A stretch of 64,000 nucleotides of DNA, from IMG/VR virus record IMGVR_UViG_3300045988_183727. One strand, written 5' to 3'. The notes below the pieces were generated by a model. The model was not told where the DNA came from. It saw only the letters and a program-made list of their open reading frames with translations, and made no database searches. Position 1 is the first letter of the stretch. The number at the start of each line of letters is the position of its first letter. The position numbers were made by a program, and so were the translations under genes. Shown here one piece after another: positions 37,247-45,575 of this stretch. This DNA comes from a virus.

Positions 37247-37983
37247 CAGAACTTCACCTCCTCAAATTCAATGACCCATACCCACGGGTTTCCGGCCCAC
37301 TTTGACAGGGCCTTGTGTTCGGGAATCGTGCTGTCCCACAGCTCGATAAACTTCTCCTGAAGGGACATGGTGTTCTCGCCGGAGGTACTGTCACAGGTGA
37401 TGCCCTCCTTAGTGAAGTCCTCGTCCTTCATGTCATTCAAATGTTCCAACCGCACATCCGTCACACGCAGGAAAATGCGTGCCGCCTCTTTGGGCATATG
37501 AATGGACGGTGTCCAGTGAATGAGGGAACTCACCTCAGGGGAGTTTTTCAAATCCTCATCCGAATAATCGGCCTTATAGAGCCAGCGGTTCTCGGCGCAG
37601 GCACAGGTCGTTTCGCGAACATACAGGACGTCTCCCTTGTCAAACGGAGCACAGAAGCTGCGAATGACGGTGTTCTCATCAGCGAAAGCGGCCACGAGAC
37701 GTCCGTCTCCGTCGCGATACAGTCCATCCACTTTCTTTCCCGCGAAGTGAAACGCACCACGGCGTGTTACCATCTTGCGCCCCTCGCGGATGGCACGTAC
37801 CATCTCGCCGTTGAACAGGATAGGCTTCGGCTTCTTGTCCTTGAAGATGTCGGGGTCAAAATGGATGCCGGCTTTCTCGCGCAGTTCCTTGCAACGAGAG
37901 CCACGATAGATGTCTGTGTCGCACTCTTTGACAGGACAATGTGAGAGGCAGATTCGCCGCTCATAAGGTTCCTTTCTGGGCAT
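37246..37983 (-). CDS. ASCH-domain protein
   Basis: KPILFNGEMVRAIREGRKMVTRR resembles the ASCH/PUA-like N-terminal motif. Confidence 0.55.
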   Translation of the reverse strand: MPRKEPYERRICLSHCPVKECDTDIYRGSRCKELREKAGIHFDPDIFKDKKPKPILFNGEMVRAIREGRKMVTRRGAFHFAGKKVDGLYRDGDGRLVAAFADENTVIRSFCAPFDKGDVLYVRETTCACAENRWLYKADYSDEDLKNSPEVSSLIHWTPSIHMPKEAARIFLRVTDVRLEHLNDMKDEDFTKEGITCDSTSGENTMSLQEKFIELWDSTIPEHKALSKWAGNPWVWVIEFEEVKF

Positions 37984-38011
37984 ATGTTTTTTCTCCTTTC
38001 TTTTCCGGGGG

Positions 38012-38464
38012 TCACTCGTATTCCTGACAACAAAGGTCGTAGACCTTATGCAGCGCAGCTAACGCCGCCTCAGGAATATCCTGAGTGTCCATATCAAACC
38101 ATTCGCCGAGCAATCCGGTAACATCTCCAAGAAACAGGAACTCGTCGAACACTTCCGACGGCGTACCGGAACCTTTTTTGCTTACCTTGCGCCGCTTATG
38201 TGGTGCAGTTCCGCGACAGGCATCCAGTGCGTCCTGCAGGAGCGATATCGCACCCTTGGGAATTTCACCGGTATCCATTTTCAGCCAATTCGCCAGAGTC
38301 TCGATAACATCATCGAGGAACACATAATTGCACTCGCAGATAATTCTCGCCATCTGCAAGTGTCGAATTGCGTCCGTTGGGATGTCGTTAATGTCACACT
38401 CGGTGAGTTGTCTCTTCAGGTTCTTTACAACCTCATCGCGGGACAAAACCTTGTTTCTTCCCAT
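38012..38464 (-). CDS. hypothetical protein with an internal duplication
   Basis: ORF track; two similar segments, LANWLKMDTGEIP... and LLGEWFDMDTQDIP.... Confidence 0.5.
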   Translation of the reverse strand: MGRNKVLSRDEVVKNLKRQLTECDINDIPTDAIRHLQMARIICECNYVFLDDVIETLANWLKMDTGEIPKGAISLLQDALDACRGTAPHKRRKVSKKGSGTPSEVFDEFLFLGDVTGLLGEWFDMDTQDIPEAALAALHKVYDLCCQEYE

Positions 38465-38491
38465 GTTGTCTCCTTTCTTTTTTTGCGGATT

Positions 38492-39043
38492 TCAACTGCT
38501 CTGCCTCAGCGTATCAGGCACGGCACCGAAGCTCTGCGCGGCTGGGTAGGCGGGAGGGAAGGGGATAGCCCCTCCTCTCGCTACCTGAGCCACCACGAGG
38601 GTGCTAATGCCGCCAGAGGGCGTTTTGTATTGCTGAACGCTTGGCGTGTAGAGAAACCCATCTACCGCTTGTCTCACGGTCATTGTGGGGTATTTTGGCG
38701 CCCGCCAACGATGCTCCTTAGAATAGTAGATTTCCCTGACCCGACACGTTGCAACTGTGACGGGAATGAGGGGATTGTCTACCGTATGTTCACACACGAT
38801 GGCGATAGATGTCTTTCCAATTCTGGAAGCATCCTCCACCATGCGCTGGAGCGCGAGTCTCTGACCATAAGGCATTGCGGCATTACGATGCTTCACCTCA
38901 AAGAAAACATACCCCTTGTCGTGATACTCAATGAGTCCGTCGATGTCGGTAGGATAACAGTTACCCTTGTTTTCAATAGTCATGCCCGTGAAGCTGACGA
39001 GCTGTTTCATCCTTGCGGGAAATCTAATGTAGTCCTTCCTCAC
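38492..39043 (-). CDS. hypothetical protein
   Basis: GTG start 6 nt after aaaggagg; avoids overlap with the upstream gene. Confidence 0.45.
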   Translation of the reverse strand: MRKDYIRFPARMKQLVSFTGMTIENKGNCYPTDIDGLIEYHDKGYVFFEVKHRNAAMPYGQRLALQRMVEDASRIGKTSIAIVCEHTVDNPLIPVTVATCRVREIYYSKEHRWRAPKYPTMTVRQAVDGFLYTPSVQQYKTPSGGISTLVVAQVARGGAIPFPPAYPAAQSFGAVPDTLRQSS

Positions 39044-39071
39044 GGGAGCCTCCTTTCTGCAGGCATCCCCC

Positions 39072-39404
39072 TCAGCGGGGGATGCCTTTGCCGTTTTTGA
39101 GCATGGAAATGACTTTTGCGGCCAAGAAATCGTCGGCCACAAACTGGTTATAGCCGTTTTTCAGACCGTTGCTGGAGAAATCCTCTGTGTCCTTGGCATA
39201 GCGGCACATGGATTTGTCGGAAATAGGTCCATAGCAAGAGTGCTCGGTGGTTACATAGACGCAACTCTCTCTGCAAGTCACGAAGCCAGAGCAGCCGCGC
39301 TTCTGTCCGTTGACTGTGATGTTCTTCAGGTGCGTGGTAATGTCCATGCCCATCTGTTCTGCCAAAGAGGTAAGTCCGTTTTTCAGCTTTACAGAAAGCA
39401 ACAT
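39072..39404 (-). CDS. hypothetical protein
   Basis: ATG (MLLSVK) after aaaggcgg; a hairpin overlaps its stop. Confidence 0.45.
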   Translation of the reverse strand: MLLSVKLKNGLTSLAEQMGMDITTHLKNITVNGQKRGCSGFVTCRESCVYVTTEHSCYGPISDKSMCRYAKDTEDFSSNGLKNGYNQFVADDFLAAKVISMLKNGKGIPR

Positions 39405-39406
39405 TC

Positions 39407-40159
39407 TTACACCGCCTTTCTTTCTACCCAGACATCGCCCAACTTGGCGCACTCGCCGTGGTAAGGGCAGTCGTGATAGGTTTCGCAACCCTCATCAACG
39501 AAGGTCTGGCAGGTGCCACAGTCCAAATTGTGATGCAGAAGACGCTGGATAACATCCCGCGCATTTTCGGTCTCTACCGCGAGGTAGGAAAAAGCTCTCG
39601 CCTTGACGCTTGCATCGTACTCATCCGTGTAGTAGAGGGAAGACGCACAGAGAACCTTTGCGCCGAACACACGGCGGCACTCCTCATCGGAGAGCATTTC
39701 ACCGGCAAACGGGAAAAGACCGCGTCTGCCTCTGAGCTGGTTGCTGACGTGTGTGTGCGCGTTCTTTGCCAACTTAACGCCCTCACGAGCCTCATCCAGT
39801 GTGTCGAAGGACAACGCACACACATCCACAAGAGAACCTTCGCCGATAGGGGAGTGGTTCACAAAAAGCATCGCGTATCTTCTGCTGGGAAGGGTTGCAG
39901 TTCTCGCTGCATCCTCGCCTTCGAGACACACGTAACGCGCCACTTTGTCGTCCCACACATACTTCTCACAGGAGGTGCAGGTGTTCTCTGCCTTATCACA
40001 TCCGGATTTCGACGCAACGACCTTCAGCTCGGCTGCTTTTTTTTCTGCCTCGCACTTATCCACAGCGGCAAAGCACACTTTTCGTCCCTTTTCCTCATCG
40101 AAACGATAGTGCTCACATAACGCACAGGAACCAGCAGGCTTTTCACAGATATATGCCAT
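39407..40159 (-). CDS. Cys-rich hypothetical protein
   Basis: ATG (MAYICEKP) after ggagaaaaat; many CxxC pairs. First gene downstream of cassette C. Confidence 0.5.
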   Translation of the reverse strand: MAYICEKPAGSCALCEHYRFDEEKGRKVCFAAVDKCEAEKKAAELKVVASKSGCDKAENTCTSCEKYVWDDKVARYVCLEGEDAARTATLPSRRYAMLFVNHSPIGEGSLVDVCALSFDTLDEAREGVKLAKNAHTHVSNQLRGRRGLFPFAGEMLSDEECRRVFGAKVLCASSLYYTDEYDASVKARAFSYLAVETENARDVIQRLLHHNLDCGTCQTFVDEGCETYHDCPYHGECAKLGDVWVERKAV

Positions 40160-40214
40160 ATTTTTCTCCTTTCTCCCAGCCTGTGTTAAGGTCTTATGGG
40201 AACAAAAATGTAGT

Positions 40215-40402
40215 GAATATATAAAAAGACAGTCGTTCTCAAAAGAGAACAACTGTCTTGAATGTGATGATGTGACTGAAAACGGAGACAAAGCTCCTTA
40301 TAAAAATATCTTCGTAATTATACTACTATACTACCACATTTCCTTATAATGTCAACGGTTTCGACGCAAAAGAAAAGAGCCGCACAGCGGCTCTTTTCTT
40401 TA
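40215..40402 (-). promoter_or_regulatory. cassette C: terminator + promoter + palindrome + leader hairpin
   Basis: Terminator 40367-40402; -35 40350-40355; ggagacaaagctcc 40284-40297; hairpin 40224-40262. Confidence 0.55.
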
Positions 40403-40412
40403 GGCTTGTTGT

Positions 40413-41372
40413 TCACGCTTCTACGTAAACTGGTTTAAGATACTGTGCGCTGAGAAATTTGCCTCGCAAGGAAGAAATCTTTGCCTCAGCGTCTTTCTCA
40501 CTGATAAACCTCTGAGCATCATCCACGGAGGACGTGTACTGGAGGTTGTTCTTCACGGATTTCTTCACATACTTCCCTGCGTATGCCTTTTCCGTACACA
40601 TAACGACATAGGGCCGAGGCGCCGTCATCTTGCGCGTTACGGTCTTGAACTCAAGTCCCATTACGCTGATAACCTCTCCCATTGCTGCCGTAGCTGCTTC
40701 CGCAGACGGGTAGTGAATGGCATCTCTGACATCCTTTGTGAAATGCACAGTTATTCTTCCAATCACATTATCAAATGCACGCACATAGCCCGCGTTGCGC
40801 TTTTGAACTACAAGCGGACCCTTTACATCCCGCGCTCTGGCAGGTCGCAGGCGCTCGCCGCGCTGTGTTCCGCTGAACGACATGAAGATGTAGTGGTCCT
40901 TGTGTTCTTTTACCAGTTCCCGTGCCTCATCCAGCCAGACTTCCAGCTCATCCGTTGTTCTGACATACCTCCACAGCAGATGGTCGCCGGACGTATAGGG
41001 CATCAGCCCTACATTCAGGTCGTTGACGCCGGGATTGGCGGCGAGGATGTCCTCCAGCGTGGCGGCATCCTTTGCGGCGCGAGCAAACCATTTCCGTGCC
41101 TGAGAGCAAGTGACCCACTTGCTGTTCATCTTCCAGCACTCATCATCGGTGTCGGGGAAGGTGGTATTCACCTTCGCCACAAATTCGTCCTCAGGAAGTT
41201 CCAGAAGATTGATTCCTCCCAGCAAGAACCAGTGGCGCTCGCGAACCTCTCGCGGCTTGAAATTCCTGTCGTAGATGAACTCGGAGCAGTTGTTGCTGCC
41301 ACCCAAGGCAAGGGGAATGATACCACGAGTTGTCTTGATGAAAGAGCGGGCATCAATGATAGTGTATCCCAT
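40413..41372 (-). CDS. hypothetical protein (320 aa)
   Basis: ATG (MGYTIIDARS) after gaaaggagatgtaaaa. Confidence 0.5.
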   Translation of the reverse strand: MGYTIIDARSFIKTTRGIIPLALGGSNNCSEFIYDRNFKPREVRERHWFLLGGINLLELPEDEFVAKVNTTFPDTDDECWKMNSKWVTCSQARKWFARAAKDAATLEDILAANPGVNDLNVGLMPYTSGDHLLWRYVRTTDELEVWLDEARELVKEHKDHYIFMSFSGTQRGERLRPARARDVKGPLVVQKRNAGYVRAFDNVIGRITVHFTKDVRDAIHYPSAEAATAAMGEVISVMGLEFKTVTRKMTAPRPYVVMCTEKAYAGKYVKKSVKNNLQYTSSVDDAQRFISEKDAEAKISSLRGKFLSAQYLKPVYVEA

Positions 41373-41388
41373 TTTTACATCTCCTTTC

Positions 41389-41658
41389 TTACATCTCGCC
41401 ATCCTCGGCAGCGGTTATAATACCGAATCTGAGGTTGTTGTTGATGTCGTAGATACTTAATCCGCTATCAAAGTCCTTGCGGAGCTGCGTCGCAGCGGCC
41501 TCTACGGAGTCTTCGCCGTACTCAAACGTCTCGGACTCGACGCAGGTTGCCACAAGCTCCTTCAGCTTTGCGCGGGAAGTCGTCGCAGAAACCAGACGCA
41601 TAGAGTCTGTTGCTTTCCAAGCGTCACAGGCAAACACGATGAAGATAGGATTACTCAT
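41389..41658 (-). CDS. hypothetical protein (89 aa)
   Basis: ATG (MSNPIFIV) after gaaaggagcaagccgaaa. Confidence 0.4.
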   Translation of the reverse strand: MSNPIFIVFACDAWKATDSMRLVSATTSRAKLKELVATCVESETFEYGEDSVEAAATQLRKDFDSGLSIYDINNNLRFGIITAAEDGEM

Positions 41659-42229
41659 TTTCGGCTTGCTCCTTTCTTCTTCCAACGGTGGCTGCGGGGT
41701 ACGGTGTGGCCCGCTTGTTGTTGCTGTCCATGATTCGCATAACATGGACAAGCATCTCGGAATATGCCCTGTGCATGGTTTCATACCGCGCACGCCATGT
41801 ATTATCATCATTGTCGTTCACGCGAGCACTCAGCCCCATGCTGTAGTACAGCGCGGCGTCGATGTCTACCAGCTCCGCTTCAGTCAGGTGGCAGATATAG
41901 GCTCCCAGCTCATTGACAGAAACTGCCATCGGCTGCTCGCACAGTGCTGTGCTGGGGCGGCTCGTGCTCGTGATGAGTACATGGGAGGGCTGCTGCATCT
42001 TTGGAGATGATGTCGTAAATACGACCTCCACTACACTGCTGTAGCGGTTCAGGTCATCCGAAGATACAACGATTGCGGGACGATGCCCTCTGATAACAGA
42101 GCTATTGGAAGGATGTCCGTCTTTATCGCGGAACTGGCTTCCTTCCGGGGCCCAAGGGGAAAAGATTTCGATTTCTTTCGCATTGACCCAAAAAACATCG
42201 CCCCTGCGGATGTTTCCATTTCTACCCAT
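41651..42229 (-). CDS. PemK/MazF-family toxin-like endoribonuclease with a C-terminal extension
   Basis: RGDVFWVN...RGHRPAIVVSSDDLNRYSSVVEVVFTTS matches the MazF/PemK core. Confidence 0.6.
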   Translation of the reverse strand: MGRNGNIRRGDVFWVNAKEIEIFSPWAPEGSQFRDKDGHPSNSSVIRGHRPAIVVSSDDLNRYSSVVEVVFTTSSPKMQQPSHVLITSTSRPSTALCEQPMAVSVNELGAYICHLTEAELVDIDAALYYSMGLSARVNDNDDNTWRARYETMHRAYSEMLVHVMRIMDSNNKRATPYPAATVGRRKEQAENE

Positions 42230-42437
42230 AGATTCTTGTCTCCTTTCCTTCAGAATTGGTTACACACGACGGAATGCCGAAAAAAGACAGAACCGCTTTA
42301 AGCGGCTCTGTCTCCATGCAGTCGATATGACACTGTTTGTTTTCGTAGGGTGCCTCGACAAATTCTTCGCCAACCTCAATGGGTTCGTGGCAAATGCAGC
42401 ATTCGCCGGCGTAACGAATTTCCTTTTTTGCTTTCAC
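42222..42437 (-). CDS. zinc-finger small protein (possible antitoxin partner)
   Basis: Overlaps the mazF-like start by 8 nt; CCICHE...CHIDC motifs. Confidence 0.4.
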   Translation of the reverse strand: MKAKKEIRYAGECCICHEPIEVGEEFVEAPYENKQCHIDCMETEPLKAVLSFFGIPSCVTNSEGKETRIYG

Positions 42438-42458
42438 AATGAATTTACTCCTTTCTTT

Positions 42459-42662
42459 TCAAAGTTGCCGAGACAGTGTTACGGCTGCCTGCTGGCGTCG
42501 TCTTTCGCAGTTTCTTCGCTGCACTTCGATAGCTTCGCGAGCCTCCGCAATACACTGCTTCGCACGCCTATCCTGTTCAGAAGAGAAAGATGCGTAGCGC
42601 TCAGAGTAGACGGAATCCATACGCTCGGCTCTCTCAATTAACTCATACAGCGGTGTAGACAT
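42459..42662 (-). CDS. hypothetical small protein
   Basis: ORF track. Confidence 0.35.
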   Translation of the reverse strand: MSTPLYELIERAERMDSVYSERYASFSSEQDRRAKQCIAEAREAIEVQRRNCERRRQQAAVTLSRQL

Positions 42663-42678
42663 AGCTTCTCCTCCTCGT

Positions 42679-42951
42679 TTATTGAATGTTCATGCCTACG
42701 GCGCGAGGACCTTCTTTGGACCAAGTTTCCTTGAGCCAGTGATAGGTGATTGTGCTATCTTCGGGACTCTTGTCTGGGTAGCAGGGAAGGTATGCTGCGG
42801 AGTACAAGTCTCTGCACTGACTGAAGTACACATGATTCCAGTCAGCCCACACATCACCAAGAGAACGGATAGCTCGCTTGAACGACCGAAAGCTCTGTGG
42901 CGTGTGAACTACGATGGCATTTGCTCCGTTCCACTTTCCATTCCACATCAT
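42679..42951 (-). CDS. hypothetical protein
   Basis: ORF track. Confidence 0.4.
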   Translation of the reverse strand: MMWNGKWNGANAIVVHTPQSFRSFKRAIRSLGDVWADWNHVYFSQCRDLYSAAYLPCYPDKSPEDSTITYHWLKETWSKEGPRAVGMNIQ

Positions 42952-43217
42952 TGCACTTCACCTCCCTGATACGTCGGGCGGCTGCGTCTGTTACGGAACG
43001 GAGGCATCACCGGTGCGGTGTAGCTGGTCAGCTCACCCGTCATTTTGACAGGCACACACTGGAGCAATCCGCGCTGTTTTCGATACTGGTGAGCCAAGTT
43101 GTTGCGAGCCTGTTTCTCAGAAACCGCCATAGTCGTCCCGCCCCACTTATTTGTGGTAATGTCGTCATAGACACGAACGGGTCCGAGATAGCTGAAAACC
43201 ATTTTTGCCTGTGCCAT
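42948..43217 (-). CDS. hypothetical protein, first gene downstream of cassette D
   Basis: ORF track; RBS ggagaaaacac. Confidence 0.4.
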   Translation of the reverse strand: MAQAKMVFSYLGPVRVYDDITTNKWGGTTMAVSEKQARNNLAHQYRKQRGLLQCVPVKMTGELTSYTAPVMPPFRNRRSRPTYQGGEVQ

Positions 43218-43249
43218 TGTGTTTTCTCCTTTCTTATTGTGTTGTAATG

Positions 43250-43440
43250 TAAAAAAATATATAAAAAGACAGCTATCCCTGTCTTGGGATAACTGTCTTG
43301 AATACTTGGTGTGACTGGAAGCGGAGATAAGTCTCCTTATAAAAATATCTTCGTAATTATACTATTATACTACCACAATTATTTATAATGTCAACAATGG
43401 CAGAGAAAAAAGAGGCGGCTTTCGCCTGCCTCTTTTTTTA
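43250..43440 (-). promoter_or_regulatory. cassette D: terminator + promoter + palindrome + leader hairpin
   Basis: Terminator 43405-43439; -35 43389-43394; ggagataagtctcc 43323-43336; hairpin 43264-43300. Confidence 0.55.
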
Positions 43441-44610
43441 CCTTATTTCCTCGGAGTATTGTGCCATCCAGCAGTCGCAAAGGGCTTCCGCTACGACCTC
43501 ACTTCTATCGTTATCGTCAGAAATCATCAGGATTGAAGAAAGGGCTGACCGCATACCTTCATCGAGCGTAAACTCCCTCTCGTTTCCACTTTTATCTGGG
43601 ACATTTGTTCGAGCAAGCAGCGTCGAATATTTCGTATAATCGGGGGAAATGAAATAGTCCACAGCCGTGTCGAGTCCAATACTCAGCATCATAAGATTGC
43701 CGGTCGTTCCCATTGGTTCTTTCTTTCCGGACTTCTTCTCCGGTCTCATAAGAGTTCCGTTCTTGTCAAAGAATATTGCCCTATCTGACTTTTCAAATGT
43801 GTCTACAGGAACGCTAAAGCATCTGATTGCCATGTTCTTAAAAGGAGCACTGGCGTCTTCGCCGAACAGTGAGGAAGCATTACAGCAGTCATTTTCCATC
43901 TTCTCGTTAAGCCGCTTTATATAAAGCTCCTGAAAATCAATGGGAGCACCTGCGCTGTCCGCGTATACGTAGTTTTCTGGCTTTTTGCCGTCTGCCGTTT
44001 CCCTTACCATGTACTGCTCGTACTGCTTGCACATTTCTTTAATCTTAACTTGTATCCGCAAGGAATCGGAAAACGGAACTGCTGAGATTTGGGAGAAAAG
44101 GGAGGAGTAGTTGTGAGGGAGGTGGATGGGCGCACACTCATCTCCGAATAAGACTTTTTCGCAGGACTTGTCAAGGAAAAAGTATGAGGTTTTGTAAAGA
44201 CCTTCAACAGACGCATAAAACCCTTCAGGCAGCCGTCGCGTCTGCTTGCCGTCTGCTGGAGGCGAAATGCGTAACTCAAACGGGCCCACAGAGGTAAGCG
44301 CACCGTCCTCAGGCTCCTTGAGGCGCGACATTTTAGTTGCGTCCATGCCGATTTCTGCGCCAATTTGCTTCACATTCCATTCTCCATAGACACGTGGCAT
44401 TTTGGTAATGGCAAACAGCTCTTCGTACACTCTCGCGGAAACAAGCCTGCGTACCAAAGTGAGCTCATCGCTGAATTCGGCATATATTCCGAGCATTTCC
44501 TTGTAATTCAATTTTTCCGACTTCTCGGCGGAAGAGAACCGCGTATTGAGTTTTGTCGCCCATTTATTGCAGTCGATATATGCGTTGACTGCACTATCCT
44601 TTTTTCTCAT
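43438..44610 (-). CDS. hypothetical protein (390 aa)
   Basis: ORF track. Confidence 0.55.
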   Translation of the reverse strand: MRKKDSAVNAYIDCNKWATKLNTRFSSAEKSEKLNYKEMLGIYAEFSDELTLVRRLVSARVYEELFAITKMPRVYGEWNVKQIGAEIGMDATKMSRLKEPEDGALTSVGPFELRISPPADGKQTRRLPEGFYASVEGLYKTSYFFLDKSCEKVLFGDECAPIHLPHNYSSLFSQISAVPFSDSLRIQVKIKEMCKQYEQYMVRETADGKKPENYVYADSAGAPIDFQELYIKRLNEKMENDCCNASSLFGEDASAPFKNMAIRCFSVPVDTFEKSDRAIFFDKNGTLMRPEKKSGKKEPMGTTGNLMMLSIGLDTAVDYFISPDYTKYSTLLARTNVPDKSGNEREFTLDEGMRSALSSILMISDDNDRSEVVAEALCDCWMAQYSEEIR

Positions 44611-45575
44611 TTGTTTTCCTCCTTAAAGTGTTCAAGTCTTTCGGAAAACTTTTGCAGCGCTTTTCTAAACTCAATTTTGCAGGTGGTTGACATGAAATAA
44701 TAGGCGGAAACAATATCTTCTGTCGTAGAGTTTTTCGCATAAAGTCGCATTGTGCTTGGCATCCCCATGAGCCAGTGTAAAGAGACGCCAAAGGCAGCCG
44801 CTATATGCGGCAGAATTCTTTCGTTGCTTGTGGAGCAGGAGGGTCTCACCAACATGATATTCGCCAACTCGTGAATGACATCCTTTTGTTTATCATCTAA
44901 TTCAAAATTGCCTTTTCCGGACTGAATCAATTCATCCAAATCGAGAATATCCTGTCGCTTAAATGAACATCTGTGGGAAAAAACGTACTGTACTCGCGCA
45001 GAAGGGCGCAGCAATAAGCTGCGTTTTTTATCATCCCAGAATTGATGTATCCACATCGTATCAATCATGCCGAGAGCGGACTCTCTTATGCATCCGTCTC
45101 TTATCGTTTCTGGAAAGCTATCTACAAGATTATAGACTTCTTGAACATCTGGCGGTAGGCTGCTGAAAGCTGGAAAGTTTTTATCTCCGAATCGAATCAT
45201 TTCCTCGTAAGATATGTCCAACTCGGCAAGAATCCGAAAAACGATTTGCCAGTTAAATCCCTGCCAGCCTATAAATCGCTGTGTTTCTCCGTTTGTAACG
45301 GGAGTTTTATCAAATAAAAGGGCTGGCAGCTTTTCTTCTGGACAATTAAGCTGTTCGGCTAACCGCAGCTTTTTCATTTCTGCCCTGTATGGCGTGGTGT
45401 CTGTGATAATGTTGTTTACTCTTGCCATGTTGCCTGCATCCTCCGCAATTCTTAATTTGCGGAGGAGCAGGACTATAGAGGTATAGACAGTTGTTGAGAC
45501 GTTTTCTCCGTACCTTATATCGTCTCCAGCTCGTGCCGGCTTTGTAGGATTTGTTCTTTTATAAATAGCACTCAT
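44607..45575 (-). CDS. hypothetical protein (322 aa)
   Basis: ORF track; overlaps its neighbours by 4 nt. Confidence 0.55.
   Translation of the reverse strand: MSAIYKRTNPTKPARAGDDIRYGENVSTTVYTSIVLLLRKLRIAEDAGNMARVNNIITDTTPYRAEMKKLRLAEQLNCPEEKLPALLFDKTPVTNGETQRFIGWQGFNWQIVFRILAELDISYEEMIRFGDKNFPAFSSLPPDVQEVYNLVDSFPETIRDGCIRESALGMIDTMWIHQFWDDKKRSLLLRPSARVQYVFSHRCSFKRQDILDLDELIQSGKGNFELDDKQKDVIHELANIMLVRPSCSTSNERILPHIAAAFGVSLHWLMGMPSTMRLYAKNSTTEDIVSAYYFMSTTCKIEFRKALQKFSERLEHFKEENK

Noticed and set aside
39061-39090. Hairpin aggcatccccc...gggggatgcct considered as an independent regulatory element
   Set aside because: It overlaps the stop codon of 39072-39404 and lies immediately upstream of the next RBS. 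It is most simply an intercistronic stem-loop. On the plus strand it is followed by a T-run, but no plus-strand gene ends there.
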